From: Octopus bimaculoides
Lineage: Eukaryota
Direction of reading: 5' to 3'
Length of the DNA: 64,000 nt
Assembly: GCF_001194135.2 (NCBI RefSeq)
Contig: NC_068981.1
Span: forward strand, 42,521,155 to 42,585,154
Shown here: positions 26,851 through 39,604 of the stretch, one piece after another
Position numbering within the stretch: the first letter of the stretch is position 1
Layout of the letters: each line of letters opens with the position of its first letter
Made by a program: the position numbers and the translations under genes
The notes under the pieces: model-generated
What the model saw: the letters and a program-made list of their open reading frames with translations, nothing else
The model's database searches: none
What the model was told of the DNA's origin: nothing

Positions 26851-29329
26851 ATATGTACATTCAGACTAAAATATATAACTGTCGCAGTAACGAATCACTT
26901 CCTACGGAAAATACATTAGATGAACCAATATCTGGCTACATATTTTATATATGACACATGACCATAGTTCAATGATAGGCTAAAGCTCGTAGAGCTAGAA
27001 AATATCCTTTAATATTTGCAAAAAATCGGAATTTCATATACAAAGTTGAACAATAAACATTTCAGATCCTAAAATACCCAGGCTTCTATGAGTAAATTCA
27101 AAAACGAAGGAACAGTATTCATGACGTTTGCTCTCCGTTACATGCTCTAGACATAGCTGTGGTTGATGATTACTTTGAATATATGGAGGTCAATATCTAC
27201 ATGAAAAAATGTTGAGTAGTAATTCCATTGAATTATAGTTACTATTGACGAGAGGAAAATAGACTAGTGCATTTGGTGCTTTCCTGGTTGGGCGAGGGAT
27301 TTAATTAGCTAGTAGAGTGGACCAAAGGAAAACTGATATAGAAATATATGCTGTTGAATGAACCTTTACCTATGAGCTGAACATTTATCATTTGCATTTG
27401 TGTCTATGTGTTAAGCAGTAACATTATGTCAGATATGTAAATGGTACCGTGATATTTGTCAGCAACGGATCAAACTTGAAACATTTCCTGCCTCTAAAAA
27501 GAAGCTCAGTTATTAGGTTGTAGGTGAAGAAATGTTAAAACATGTCATATGAGAGATTCTCAGAAATTCGTATGGTCTAACAATCTATCATGAGACTCTA
27601 TCATTGCTTTGTTGAAGACAAATTTGTCAACCCCTCAGTAAAGCATATTTTCATGAAGGCACTTTTTCTAGTGTGACATATTTTACGTAGATGTTACTTG
27701 ATATCCAAACATAGTATAAATGAGAGACGAAAAGCAATATCAGCAGCAATGTAATGTGTTGTTCCAAACGATATTAAATAAGTCGTATTCACATTTCTTT
27801 AAGAGAAGAAGAAGAAGAGTGAGGAGGAGGAGGATGAGGAAAAGAGAAAATGAGACTTCCACGAAGGAAACGGAGGTAAGCAATAAGATGCTTTGCTTAA
27901 GGTTGACGGAATGTTTGAAATGTAATTTCTGTGCAGACATTTAGGATCAGCGTTTTGTGTAGGGATCGCACGAAAAGACACACAATGTTTAGTATAAAAT
28001 ATAATTCGAGCCAATGAGAAATCTACACGGCCACTCAACATGATGAAAAGAAAAAACCTCACAAATTATATCTTATCGTCAAAACAAATGATGTTATATT
28101 GATTACGTTCATCATAAATTTCACATCCTCATGAGCCAGTAATCAAGTCGATGATGTGTAGAGAAATTTTATACATACTTTATACATACTACAACGCAGT
28201 TGTGTTTTAAATTGTTCACATGATGCTTCCACATTGTAATTCAGTCAGGTTCGATGCTCCATCTCAGATCAGTTCACATGTCGATAATCAAGTACAACAA
28301 CGAAATATTACATAATACTATCTTAGATACACTATATCCCAGGTAAAGAGGAGGAACGGTCATAGCTGGAATACATTACATCTTAAATCTTTCTTTTTCC
28401 AAGAGTTGACCTAAGGCTAACCACCTCCGTTACCAAAACCAAAATCAACAACAGCCACAAAAGAACATACATTGGATATAAGAATATAAAGAAACAGAGA
28501 CGAAAGCGCTAAAAGGGTAATCTGAACATGTGTAATGGAATTCAGCAGTTTTCGATTAAATTCGTATGTTTATCAATGACGTTTGATGCAATTGTTTGTA
28601 AAAGAATTCTCATGTTTCATGGCAAAATGAAATACTACTTTCTTTTTGTGTATGTACTGAGGTATTCTTTCACAATGAACTTCATTTTCTCACACCTGTT
28701 ATTTCATCTCTCTCACACAAGCACGAACACAGACACACATCAGACAGACACGCATGCATTAACTCTATTCTCTCCATTTCTCTCTCTAGCACACATACAC
28801 ACAACACGAATGCACACATGCACAAACACACACTTTCTCTCTGTCAATGTGTGTATGTATGAGTAGTTACACTTACAAATAAAGATTTTATGTTTAGTAA
28901 TTGATTTTCTCCTAAAATTGCTCAAATCAGTTAACTAGCACGTGAAGCAGTCAGTAATAAAAAGTAAACGAGTAAATGAACACACACATGCGCGCACACG
29001 CACCCACATCTTTATGCGTGTGTGTTTGTATACGTGTGTGTACAACGCATTGCCTACATACAATAAAAATGCATTTGAGATTCTTTTAGCTATTGTCTTT
29101 GTTTTTTTTTTCAGTTTTCCTTTAATCTAAATTTCCATTTTTTTTTTGCTCTCTTCTCTTTAAAATATTCCACATTAATCTTGCTCCTGGTGAGTTAGTT
29201 GCACAATAATATCCCAGAAGCATATTTTAGGAAAAATTTCGGAGGCCACGTGATTGCAGTGTTAGGTCGCATTAATCCGTTTAAACTAAACTATTTTATA
29301 ACAAGTAAAAAAAAAAATGTATATGCAAG

Positions 29330-29382
<53 letters not shown>

Positions 29383-29425
29383 ACATACATACATACATAC
29401 ATACATACATACATACATACGTATA
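29330..29425. repeat. (TATC)n-(TACA)n compound microsatellite
   Basis: Directly visible. Similar compound arrays at 32410-32720 and 61065-61162. Confidence 0.95.
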
Positions 29426-30084
29426 TGTACATACGCACAACAATACATACTTATATTGATGTGTATGTATTAATATATACATACTTACATACATATATGT
29501 GTGTGTGTATGTGTGTGCGTGTGCACGTGTGTGTACCTTGTTTAAGTGCTAACACATTCAATAAAAGTGTTAAAAACGAAAATTAAAAATTCTGTGAATA
29601 GACCCTAATTTCCCAATTTGTATTTTTCGTTTTTCAACACAACGAAAAATTTATTTCATTAAAAAAATAACACGTACACTTGCATAGAAAACGCTACCAA
29701 TTTATTGAAAAAAATATTTATAAATACACACATTACAATACAAACACATTCATACGCATGTAAATGCATATATGCATATACATACCTACATGTACATACA
29801 TACGTATGTAAATAGATACACTCATGCATATGTACATATGCATACCTACCTACATACAAGCATATACGTATATATATATATACATATATATATATATACA
29901 TACACACACACTCGCACACACGCACGCACACACACACACGCGCACACACACATACCCACATATACAAACGCAGAGTTTATTGAAACTAAATTGTTGAATC
30001 GCAACTCGGGTTTCCACGCCACTGTGATCTCATAAATGATTCATAATGAATAACAGTGGTGTATAAGATGCTTCAAGAAGTTTG

Positions 30085-30400
30085 CATCTGGCGCTCTGTT
30101 GGTTACGACGACGAGAGGCTCCAGTTGATCTGATCAAGGGAACAACCTGCTCGAGAAAATAAACGTACAAGTGGCTGAACACTCCACAGATACGCGTTCT
30201 CTGGGAAATTCAGGTGTGACATAGAATATGACAGGGATGGCCCTCTAATGTAAAAGTACTTTTCATTCGTGCCAGCTGAGTTCACTGGAGTAAAGTGAAA
30301 TAAAGTGTCTTGCTTAAGGACAAAATGCGCTGCCCGGAATAGAACTTATGACCTTACGGTCATAAGCCGCATACCCTAACCACAAAACCACGTGCCTTCT
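30085..30400 (-). mobile_element. tRNA-headed SINE sharing the family B 3' tail
   Basis: GGTTACGACGACGAGAGGCTCCAGTTGATCTGATCAAGGGAACAACCTGCTCG matches the tail at 17870-17935; head at right end reads (reverse complement) GCACGTGGTTTTGTGGTTAGGGTATGCGGC. Confidence 0.75.
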
Positions 30401-31069
30401 TTTAAGTTTACATGGTTTGAATATCTGTCTCACTTCAGGACTTTATGACACACAATATATCTGTGTGAGAATATAGCACGTGCTACCATAACATCATGTC
30501 ATAAGAGACTTGTGAATGAAAATGTGAGCATGGAGTATGAGTGAAAGATTGTTTGATGAATAGTATCTGTAATTTAAGGGTTCATCCTCCCTACTCTGAT
30601 TCACGCTGTTTCCATCTGAGAAATATTTTAAAGGTTCACTTATCTACAGAATGTTCTGCTGTTTATATACTAGTTTAATGAATAGGCAATTCATTTGACT
30701 CAACAACCGACAGAGGTCCAATGAATATGAGTATATAAGCATATATGTGCATATATGTGTGAGTATATTTCTGTGTGTCTGTGTGTATGAGCATGTACGA
30801 ATATGTGTTCAAGGTTGTGCGTGTACATATGTGAGTCCATAGCGTGCGAGTATATGTAGCTAGAGTATCAGGTTATATACACGAAATATAACCTGTCCTA
30901 CTTTTCCTTCGATCGGTGCAAATTCCATCATCTGTTTTACATTCAGTTAAATGAAAGATTTACACTTAAAATCTTAGGAAAATAGTACATGTCACTATTA
31001 TATATACACACTTCAATGTGTATATTTGTATTTATGTGTGTGTGTGTGAGTGTGAACTTGTGTGTGTGA

Positions 31070-31230
<161 letters not shown>

Positions 31231-31539
31231 TATGAAAATCGGTTCGTTGATTGGCATTTCCTTTTTCGTGAAAAGTAGACAAGGAAATAAATAAATGAAA
31301 AAATATTTCATTTTTGTTTCTCAAGTGTCTCAGAATTTAATGTTTACGCAATTAAATTTATTTCATATTTCTTCTATTTCAATATCCATAAACACCTATT
31401 TCTGTATATGTCTGCGCTATAACTAGACAGTAACAGATTTTCAATGCATGAAGCTCTATCAAAATAATAGCCGTCGTTCTTCATTACGTAGTGACAGAGT
31501 TAGCGAAAAATAGGGGAAAAACAATAATACATATTTTAG

Positions 31540-31862
31540 TTTCTCGTCTTAGTCTCTTTGTCTGTGTGTTTGCAAAATTACTGGAAAACGGCTGAACGGA
31601 TATACACCAAATTTGGCAGAAATACTCATTGGTTGAATGGCTCCAACTCATTATTTTGGTTTGAGTATCTTCAAAACTGGTGGACGGGTGATTCAAAATG
31701 TTGTTTCTTTGTTTATATATGCATAAACGATGAGCAAAGAAATAATTCTTTATGTCATTTTGTTGAAATACGAATTCGTCCGAGAATATATTTATTAAAT
31801 TAAATTTTATTTTATCCTTGTGTGCACACAGGGTATGCATCGCGCCTCCAATGCCTTTGTTT
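31540..31862 (+). mobile_element. Helentron-associated non-autonomous element (HINE/DINE-1-like) remnant
   Basis: TGTCTGTGTGTTTGCAAAATTACTGGAAAACGGCTGAACGGATATACACCAAATTTGGCAG and 3' GGGTATGCATCGCGCCTCCAATGCCTTTGTTT resemble, from memory, the conserved blocks of such elements (..AACGGATTT..ACCAAATTTGG.. and GGTATGCGCTCTACTGAGTGCC..TAGTT). Confidence 0.45.
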
Positions 31863-32414
31863 TTTCATTCTTTATATGTTAATGTAGCCCATTGAAGTAT
31901 AATTTAAGGTTGCTATGGAAATCCTGTGTTTTCTTACAATTTTGTCTTGGTAACTGCTATTTTTGAATGTTTTTGTATCTTTCAAAGCCAAAGTGGATTC
32001 ACTTCATTTTATATTTTCGAGTTGGATTATTATATGTCTTTATGTCCTACCTGCCTCACCCAGCTCTTTTTATAAAAGCTGTTCGCTGATTAAGTATCTA
32101 CATTTTTGGTGTAAAATAAAGTTTGTGAGAAGTGAAAATATTTCGTTTTCATTTTCTTCTCTTTTGCAAATGAACCAGAAACATTATTTATACAACTGAG
32201 TTTCTTTCCGATTTCACTTTTCCCTACGGTTATGTCCGTAAAAAGTGTGTTCCTGCATCTTCGTATATCACCAGTAGTGAGTAATACATAGCCAATTTAT
32301 CATGTTATATTCGTGGTATAGCCTTCGTTTTAAATCAGAGAAATACCACGAGAATTGTGTTGCATAATTTTAAAGGTAGGTATGGAGATAGAGAAATATA
32401 TACATACATATGTA

Positions 32415-32501
<87 letters not shown>

Positions 32502-32514
32502 ATCTATCTGTCTC

Positions 32515-32551
<37 letters not shown>

Positions 32552-33496
32552 GTATATATATATATATATATACATACATATGTATAAATATATATATTTA
32601 TATATATATATATACACACACACATATATATATATATATGCATATCTACATATACAGACATGCACACACACATATATACACGTACACACACATAGACTCA
32701 TACACACATACATATGTGCGTGTCAATGATTGCAGTCCAACGATGACTTAACCAGATTAAAGATTTCAAAGTCACTGTCAATAATATTCTTGCTTGAGTA
32801 ATAAATTTGTACTATTCAAAAGTATAGAGTAAACCATCATATTAAATTTAAAATTGTTTCTATTGTAACTGAACGCAAAGATTGTCTGATTTCTGCACTC
32901 TTCATTTACAGTGTATAGGAAGAAGGGAAGAGAGATTAAAAGAAATATACAAAGTGAGAGAGAAAGAGGGAGTTGAAATAAAAAAAAAATGCATGATGTA
33001 CGCACATACTACGCTTGGTGGCAGACATTAAGTACATGAACGATACACACAGAGTGCGAGAGAAAGAACCTTCGCGATAATAGTAGCAGGAAAATGTGAT
33101 GAAGTGGAAGCATACACACACACACGCACACACATACATACACACACACACGCACACATACACACACACACACGTACACACACACAGAAGTAGAGAGAGT
33201 GGGTGAGTGTGTATGTTAACTACCATAACATAAATCAATACAGAAAGTAATTTTGTGTTCATTTACTTCTTTTTAATTTTTTTGAATATTATTATTGTTA
33301 ATTTTATTTTAAGGTAATAAAATATTCTTCTCTTAAAAATTAATATTCATTTTAAAATTTTGCATAAGCTGCAGACAATTTTATAAAAGTTAAATTATGG
33401 TTATTGTGTTTATACTATATTTCCTGATATTACTAATTCTGACACTTTAGTTCACATACATACATACATACATACATACATACACACATACATACA

Positions 33497-34260
33497 TGGT
33501 GGTTGTCTACTATTTATGCAGAGTTTGACCACTGTACTTACAGCTTAGCTCCGTCATGGCATCTGTTGTGGCTTTTTAAACCAGACAATGTTCTGAAAAA
33601 ACACCCACATAGAGTGCACCTCCGATTTGGACCACCAAAAACTGCAGATAAGTTCTGTTCTTTGTGGATCTTAAAATGTCTTTTGAAGCCTCCGTTGGAT
33701 TTGCAAACCTTCTGGAATACACTGCATTCAAACGTATGCACAGACATATAGGCAAAATAGTTGGTGAAGGTTCGTTTTCCATGCGTTCGCAAATGAGATT
33801 TGAGGCCAGCAAAAGACAGGTATAGTCTGTCACAGACTGTGCACGCAAAAGGTCATTGTCATTCACCTTCTCGATCGTTACATTCTTCCTTAGATCTCGC
33901 TTGAGTCTTACTTGCGTAATCCTGGCCTCTTCAAATGCTTTCACTCCACTCCGCACCTTTGTTCGCCATCCAACTCGATCCGAAGCAAGGGTTTCTACAT
34001 ACATACATACATACATACATGCATAATACATACATACATATATACATACATACATACATACATACATACGTACGTACGAACCACATTTTAGCCACTATTG
34101 TTTCCAGCTCATAGTAACAACACCTCTTAGGAACCCAGCTGTGGATTATTTAGCTTGTAATAGAACTGCCTTCACTTGAAAATCCTTCATAGACATCGTA
34201 ACGGGCGCAGAACAGCCGCTGCCCTTCAACTCTTCAACTGCTCATCTAACAGAATATAAC
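33497..34260 (-). mobile_element. RTE-clade LINE 3' fragment encoding ORF2 C-terminus with three C2H2 zinc fingers
   Basis: VPKRCCYYELENN (RTE .PK..LYGEL), ETLASDRVGWRTKVRSGVKAFEEAR (RTE WETLA.DR..WR..V..G...FE), then finger-like ...GLKSHLRTH (frameshifted), CSVFQKVCKSNGGFKRHFKIH and CTLCGCFFRTLSGLKSHNRCH*. Short 3' UTR runs into (ATGT)n. Confidence 0.8.
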
Positions 34261-34686
34261 TCCATACAAATCCTGCATTCTGATAACTGCTAGGCTCATG
34301 GCATTTCTGGCACAAAATCAATACAAGTCTGAAGGACGAGAGCATAGGAATGGATTTGCACAAAACAAGCATCATGACTTGTTGGGAATTTACTCAACAT
34401 TTCAAGAAGGGTACGTGAGTAAACTCCTCCAGAAAATCCGGAGGGGTGTACCGTAAAGTAAATATGTATTGTTATACTTCACCACTATCTGGCATCACCT
34501 GCGACTCATTTTATGCAGCCAACGTATTGAATTATCTTTTATTTGTGGGAAATCCATGAGTGGAGAGGTTCTAAATGTACTTGGAGCAAAACACTTGCTT
34601 CTGGAAACAACACACGCGTAGCAGAGGTGATTAAGTAAGTTATTCTCTCAATAATATTATTGGCCAACAGCGAAAACGACCAACCA

Positions 34687-34717
<31 letters not shown>

Positions 34718-36364
34718 AGTTGTGTATGCAGTTGTATGTGTGATTTTGTGTCTGTGTGCATGTGTGTTTGTGTTTGTATGTGTGTGTGTTGAGGTGTTTT
34801 TGGTTTGCGTGTGCGCATGTGTAGTTCTGTGTGTGCATGTCCATGTGTGCCTTTCGAAGATGTTTAATAAATTGTCTTGATGTGAGACCGTTCGTTACAT
34901 CTGAAAGAAATGCTTCGTTGAAGATTCCTTCGTTCCACTTAAGATCGCAAAAAATTGTTATTTTCACTTTCCGTGTCCTTTTAAACAGTAAAGTATGTTA
35001 TACAGTAGAATTGTGTCAGTGACCAGGTGGCAACTAAGAAATAATGTGAAGTGAGTATAAGAGTTCTTGTATGATATTTAATGGCTGAAATATTTGTTCC
35101 CAATCTAAGAGTCACACACACAGATACACACAGACACACACAGAGACACACGCACACACATACAAAAACATACACACATGCACGCATATATATGTGTGTG
35201 TGTTTGTTTGTGAGTGAGCATGTGCTTATTTTCATATATATATATACTGTCATATATACACAGTTTCTCTTTTTATGCATAAAAATGTATACATGCATAT
35301 ATGTACTAACACATACATACATACAAACATACATACATACATATATATATATATATACACGCATTTGCATACACTTACAGTCACACACAGTCACAGACAC
35401 ACACACACACACACACACACATGCAAACACACACACACACACACAAGCACACGCACACACATATGCATTAGCGTTATCGATTTTATTCAGATGAATCTCC
35501 CTCGGTGCTGCTCAGTTCAAAATGTACAATCTATTTCAATGTAAGAGCCATATACTTCTCGCTCAATCCCCGCCTCTCTCTGCCTTCCTTTAACATTCAC
35601 ATAAAATAGTGACTAAGCTAATGTACTGTACATGACAGTCAACACGAATTTTCACATTCTTGTATTTGCTTTTATTATTTACACATTCCACTATAGTTAA
35701 TTAGAAACGAACCTACGCGACCAGAGTTACCCTGATGTCAATCACTTGAAACCTGTCTATATACAGTCATTTCATATTTAATTATCACCTCGAATATTAA
35801 TATTCCTATTACGTAATAGGCTTTATGAAATCATGTTTACTTTCTGTAACTAAACTGTAAGTATACATTTCCGCTGACCCACGGTACTGTATTATTACAA
35901 GAAATACAAAAGCAGAGAATTGTTTAATCGATACAGCATGGTTTACTGTTATTCTATTTAATCAGGTCTCTTTATAATCCGAGTCCAAATGCCGTCGGGT
36001 TTCGCTATATATTTTATTCTTCCGCGTGTCAATAAAATAGTTTGCCGTCAAGTACTGGAGACAATTTAATCAACGGTGTCGCATGGTATTGTTAATGGTC
36101 TTTTGCCAATCGCTACTTCACTTCTTATTTACTTATCCCTCTTTCTGTCCATCCGTCCGTCCGTCCGACCTGCCGCCCGTCCGACCTTCTGTCCGTCTGT
36201 CTATCTGTCTGTCTATCTGTTTGTCTGCTTGTCTATCTGTTTCTGTCTGTCTATCTATCTGTCTTTGTTTATCTCTCTGTCTGTCTATCTGTCTGTCTGT
36301 CTGTCTGTCTATCGCTTTCTCTTTCTCTCTGTATATATACAAATATATATATATATATATATGC

Positions 36365-36590
36365 ATCTCTTTTAATCTTTTATTACAGTTCATTAGACTG
36401 CCGTCATGTCATACTGGGGTACCTCCTTAAACATTTTTAATCGAACGAATCGGCCCCAGTATTTATTTTTCTTTTAAGCCTGGTGCTTTTTCTATCTGTT
36501 TTTTTTTTTAGCCGAAACTCTAAGGTTACGGGGAAGTAAACATACCAGCACCGGTTGTTAAGCGATGGTGGGCGACAAACTCAGGCATAC
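36365..36590 (-). mobile_element. 3' part of the SINE family seen full-length at 60590
   Basis: Reverse complement GTTTGTCGCCCACCATCGCTTAACAACCGGTGCTGGTATGTTTAC...CCCCAGTATGAC...AAAAGATTAAAAGAGA matches 60845-61050. Confidence 0.7.
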
Positions 36591-36635
36591 ACATACGTAC
36601 ACACACGCGCACACAAACATGCACACACATACACA

Positions 36636-36927
36636 ATTGGCTTAGTAGTTAGGGTATTCATCTTACGATCGTAATGTCGTGAGTTCGAATACCGGCAGCG
36701 CGTTGTGTCCTTTTGCAAAAACACTTCTTTATTTCACGTTGCTCCAGTCCATTCAAAGGGACGAACCTTGTCACATCTGTGTCATGTTCAATCAAGCTGA
36801 GAGTTACATTAAGCGTATGCGTGTCTCTGGGGTGCTCAAGGCACTCGCACCCAAGTTTTACGCACAAACTATTCCGTTGATCGATTCAACTGGAACAGTA
36901 GTCGTCATAACTGACGGAGAGCCTGGC

Positions 36928-36930
<3 letters not shown>
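36636..36930 (+). mobile_element. tRNA-headed SINE with family B tail
   Basis: TGGCTTAGTAGTTAGGGTATTC...GAGTTCGAATACCGGCAGCGCGTTGTGTCC...TTCCGTTGATCGATTCAACTGGAACAGTAGTCGTCATAACTGACGGAGAGCC followed by (AC)n. Confidence 0.75.
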
Positions 36931-36976
<46 letters not shown>

Positions 36977-37319
36977 TATATATATACAGTTCCATGCATA
37001 TACTTATGTATATACTGACATCTCCATACACAATGTTCATACATACATGTCTACCTGTCTATCTGTTTATCTATCTATGTATGTACATATGTATCTATCT
37101 ACCTCTCTGCCTGTCTGCCTGTCTGCCTGTCTGCCTGTCTATCAATATCAATATATGGTTATGAATGGTCCTGTGTAGGATCTGTTCTTCTCATCCAGTA
37201 TTAGGAAAAGCCTAAAGAAGAGATGCTTTAAACTTACGTCTTTCAGCATTCGCAACTAAATTCCTTTACCCAGTAAGGTTACATTTTAGTGGGTGAAAGA
37301 AAAACATATAACAATTAAT

Positions 37320-37710
37320 CTTCGAACTCTCGGTATTGCAACTCATAGTGAGACAAGGCTAGCCGATGAAAGACAGCTAACGGAACATAGCAGATAAACC
37401 GTAGTTTGGGAGGAAAAATTACCAGAAAAGTGGCAGATGCTTTCTTTACATCCTGCAATGATCTGGTCGACACATTGCACGAATTAGTTAACGGCATAAA
37501 TGAAAAATTGATGGTTGTCCACTTAAAGCTTGCTATCTCTAAGAGATGCATAACAATCACCATTATATACGCGCACACATCTGATGCAAACACAGCAGTT
37601 AAACAATTTTCGGGCAATTTATTGTTTCTTATCCTGAATAACAAAATGTGACGAAATCATTTTGATGGGCAACTTCAGTAACAGATATGTTAGATTTGAA
37701 CCTTTCAAAC
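37320..37710 (+). mobile_element. RTE-clade LINE apurinic-like endonuclease (APE) domain remnant
   Basis: IATHSETRLADERQLTE, NDLVDTLHELVNGINEKLMVVHL, ITIIYAHTSD and IILMGNFS match RTE APE motifs (AALSETRLADEGQL.E; GINERLM..RL; IISAYAPT; ILLGDFN). Stops and frameshifts present. Confidence 0.75.
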
Positions 37711-38079
37711 GGCACAGCTAGAAAAGATGAGAAAAGGAAAGTTGACCGAGCTAGAGGTCTGATTATAACTAAATATGAGGGGAACAGTTTAATACACTAT
37801 TCCGAGAATGAAATAGATTTAAGGGTTTCTGTCAGTATCCACAGTCTAAGCCTTGAGATATAAACATGATTTGCGATTGCAAAGTTGTACATCGGCCTAA
37901 GACTCGTCATGGGAGGAGCTGACGATTTCTAAAGTGGCCACCGTTACATCATATAACAAAATAATTTATCTCCTTCCAAATCAATGTTGCCAGCAGAAAC
38001 GAGGCCATCCGAAAATTAAGAAAGAAAAAGAGAGGGCTTCACCAGACTAGAATTATACTATGTTTCGCCCGCAAACAGT

Positions 38080-38190
38080 GGAGTTACGAGAAATGAAACA
38101 CTTTGACAAGGACACACCTCGTCACCCGAACGAGGAATCGAATCCATGACCTTATGATAGTAAGCTCAACAGCTTAACCACTAGGCCGTG
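38080..38190 (-). mobile_element. tRNA-headed SINE 5' fragment
   Basis: Reverse complement GCACGGCCTAGTGGTTAAGCTGTTGAGC...CATGGATTCGATTCCTCGTTCGGGTGACGAGGTGTGTCCTTGTCAAAG. Confidence 0.6.
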
Positions 38191-38866
38191 CAATTTCTTT
38201 ACCTATGTACCCGCATACAAATTTCCTAAATAATCACTTCACAAACTTAGCAGGTATAATTATACCTCTCTCTTTCGTCACAAACTTACACTATTTTGAA
38301 TTGAAATTGAAAAGATGACCACCATTTAAAGAAAGGCGAACTTGAATTACTTTATCAGTCTCTGGAGATTCTTGGTAATTAAAGTATAATAAAATATTGA
38401 AAACAAACTCCGAGACATATTCAGGTGTGAACGTTGTGAAAAGAGATATAAAGACACAAGTATAAAAATGTACTGCACAAGAATCTTAAACTAGCACAAC
38501 AGGATCTGAAAAAAAAGACAACAAAAATCATAAAAGTGTTATATGTGTATGATAAGAATAATCTGTTTGCTATTGTAAACAAAATACGAGTACGTTACAA
38601 AAGCCAACAATATAATTTATGATAACAGCAAAGTTGGCAGACAACAATGCATAACTAAGAATTGAACTTAATAAATTAATTACTGTAGCTAAAGCACGAA
38701 TCCAATTTACATCTGAACTATACTGAGCAGGAGGAGAATTTATCCGAGTAAGCACATGCGTACACACATGTACATTCTTGTCCAGACACAAGCATACTCA
38801 GAAACATACATACATACGTACATGCGTGCGTTCGTACGTCGTATATATGTGTGTCTGTATATGTGT

Positions 38867-38897
<31 letters not shown>

Positions 38898-39604
38898 AGT
38901 GTGTGTGTTTGTGTATGTGTGTGTGTGTGTGCGTGTTTGTGTGAGTGTGCGCGCGCGTTTGTGAGCGAGTGAGTGTATGTGCATATAGGATTTTCCCATT
39001 AACTTCATTATTAACCTCAGTCCTCTCAAAATGAAGCTCGTTGTCTATGTCGATTTCATCAGCGTCAGTTTTAATGCTGTCGCTGTAGGCTGGACCGATT
39101 TCTTTCTATGAAAAGGCAGCTATCAGCGATTATTTTTTGCAGATTATGTAAATATTAAAATGTGTTTTTTTTTAAGATTTCACATTTTGCATAATATATA
39201 TTTTCATACCTTAAATTACCGTAAATGTACACACATTAGTACATTAAATGAGCGTAAACCTGTATACTTTACTGAACATCATATGTACATAAAATAACTT
39301 GCTAAACACGACAATAACAAAAATGAATAACATCAATTTCATTATTTCCATTTCTTAATTCTCTTAATATATTGCTAAAAATCCAGCACAGTTATCTACT
39401 TTAGTCAAAGTCAGCCCAGTGTCGATCAATATACATATTTATGTGCGTAAATACGTCTTTTAATCGACACCGAGCTGACTTGGATTACTGATTTGATTAT
39501 GCAGGATATTTTAGGAATGTGTTAATAGAATGTATTAAAGGAATTAATGGATAAAATGTTAAAGTAATGTTATTTAATTTTATCTTTGTTGTGTTCTGTA
39601 CTCA

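Noticed and set aside
33538-33792. Host C2H2 zinc-finger gene exon
   Set aside because: It is collinear with RTE ORF2 motifs upstream and ends in a short UTR plus a repeat tail, with no TGEKP linkers.
35490-35540. 50-nt AG..GT exon-like segment (also 38688-38746)
   Set aside because: Such short open segments with weak splice sites are expected by chance in 64 kb; no homology recognised.
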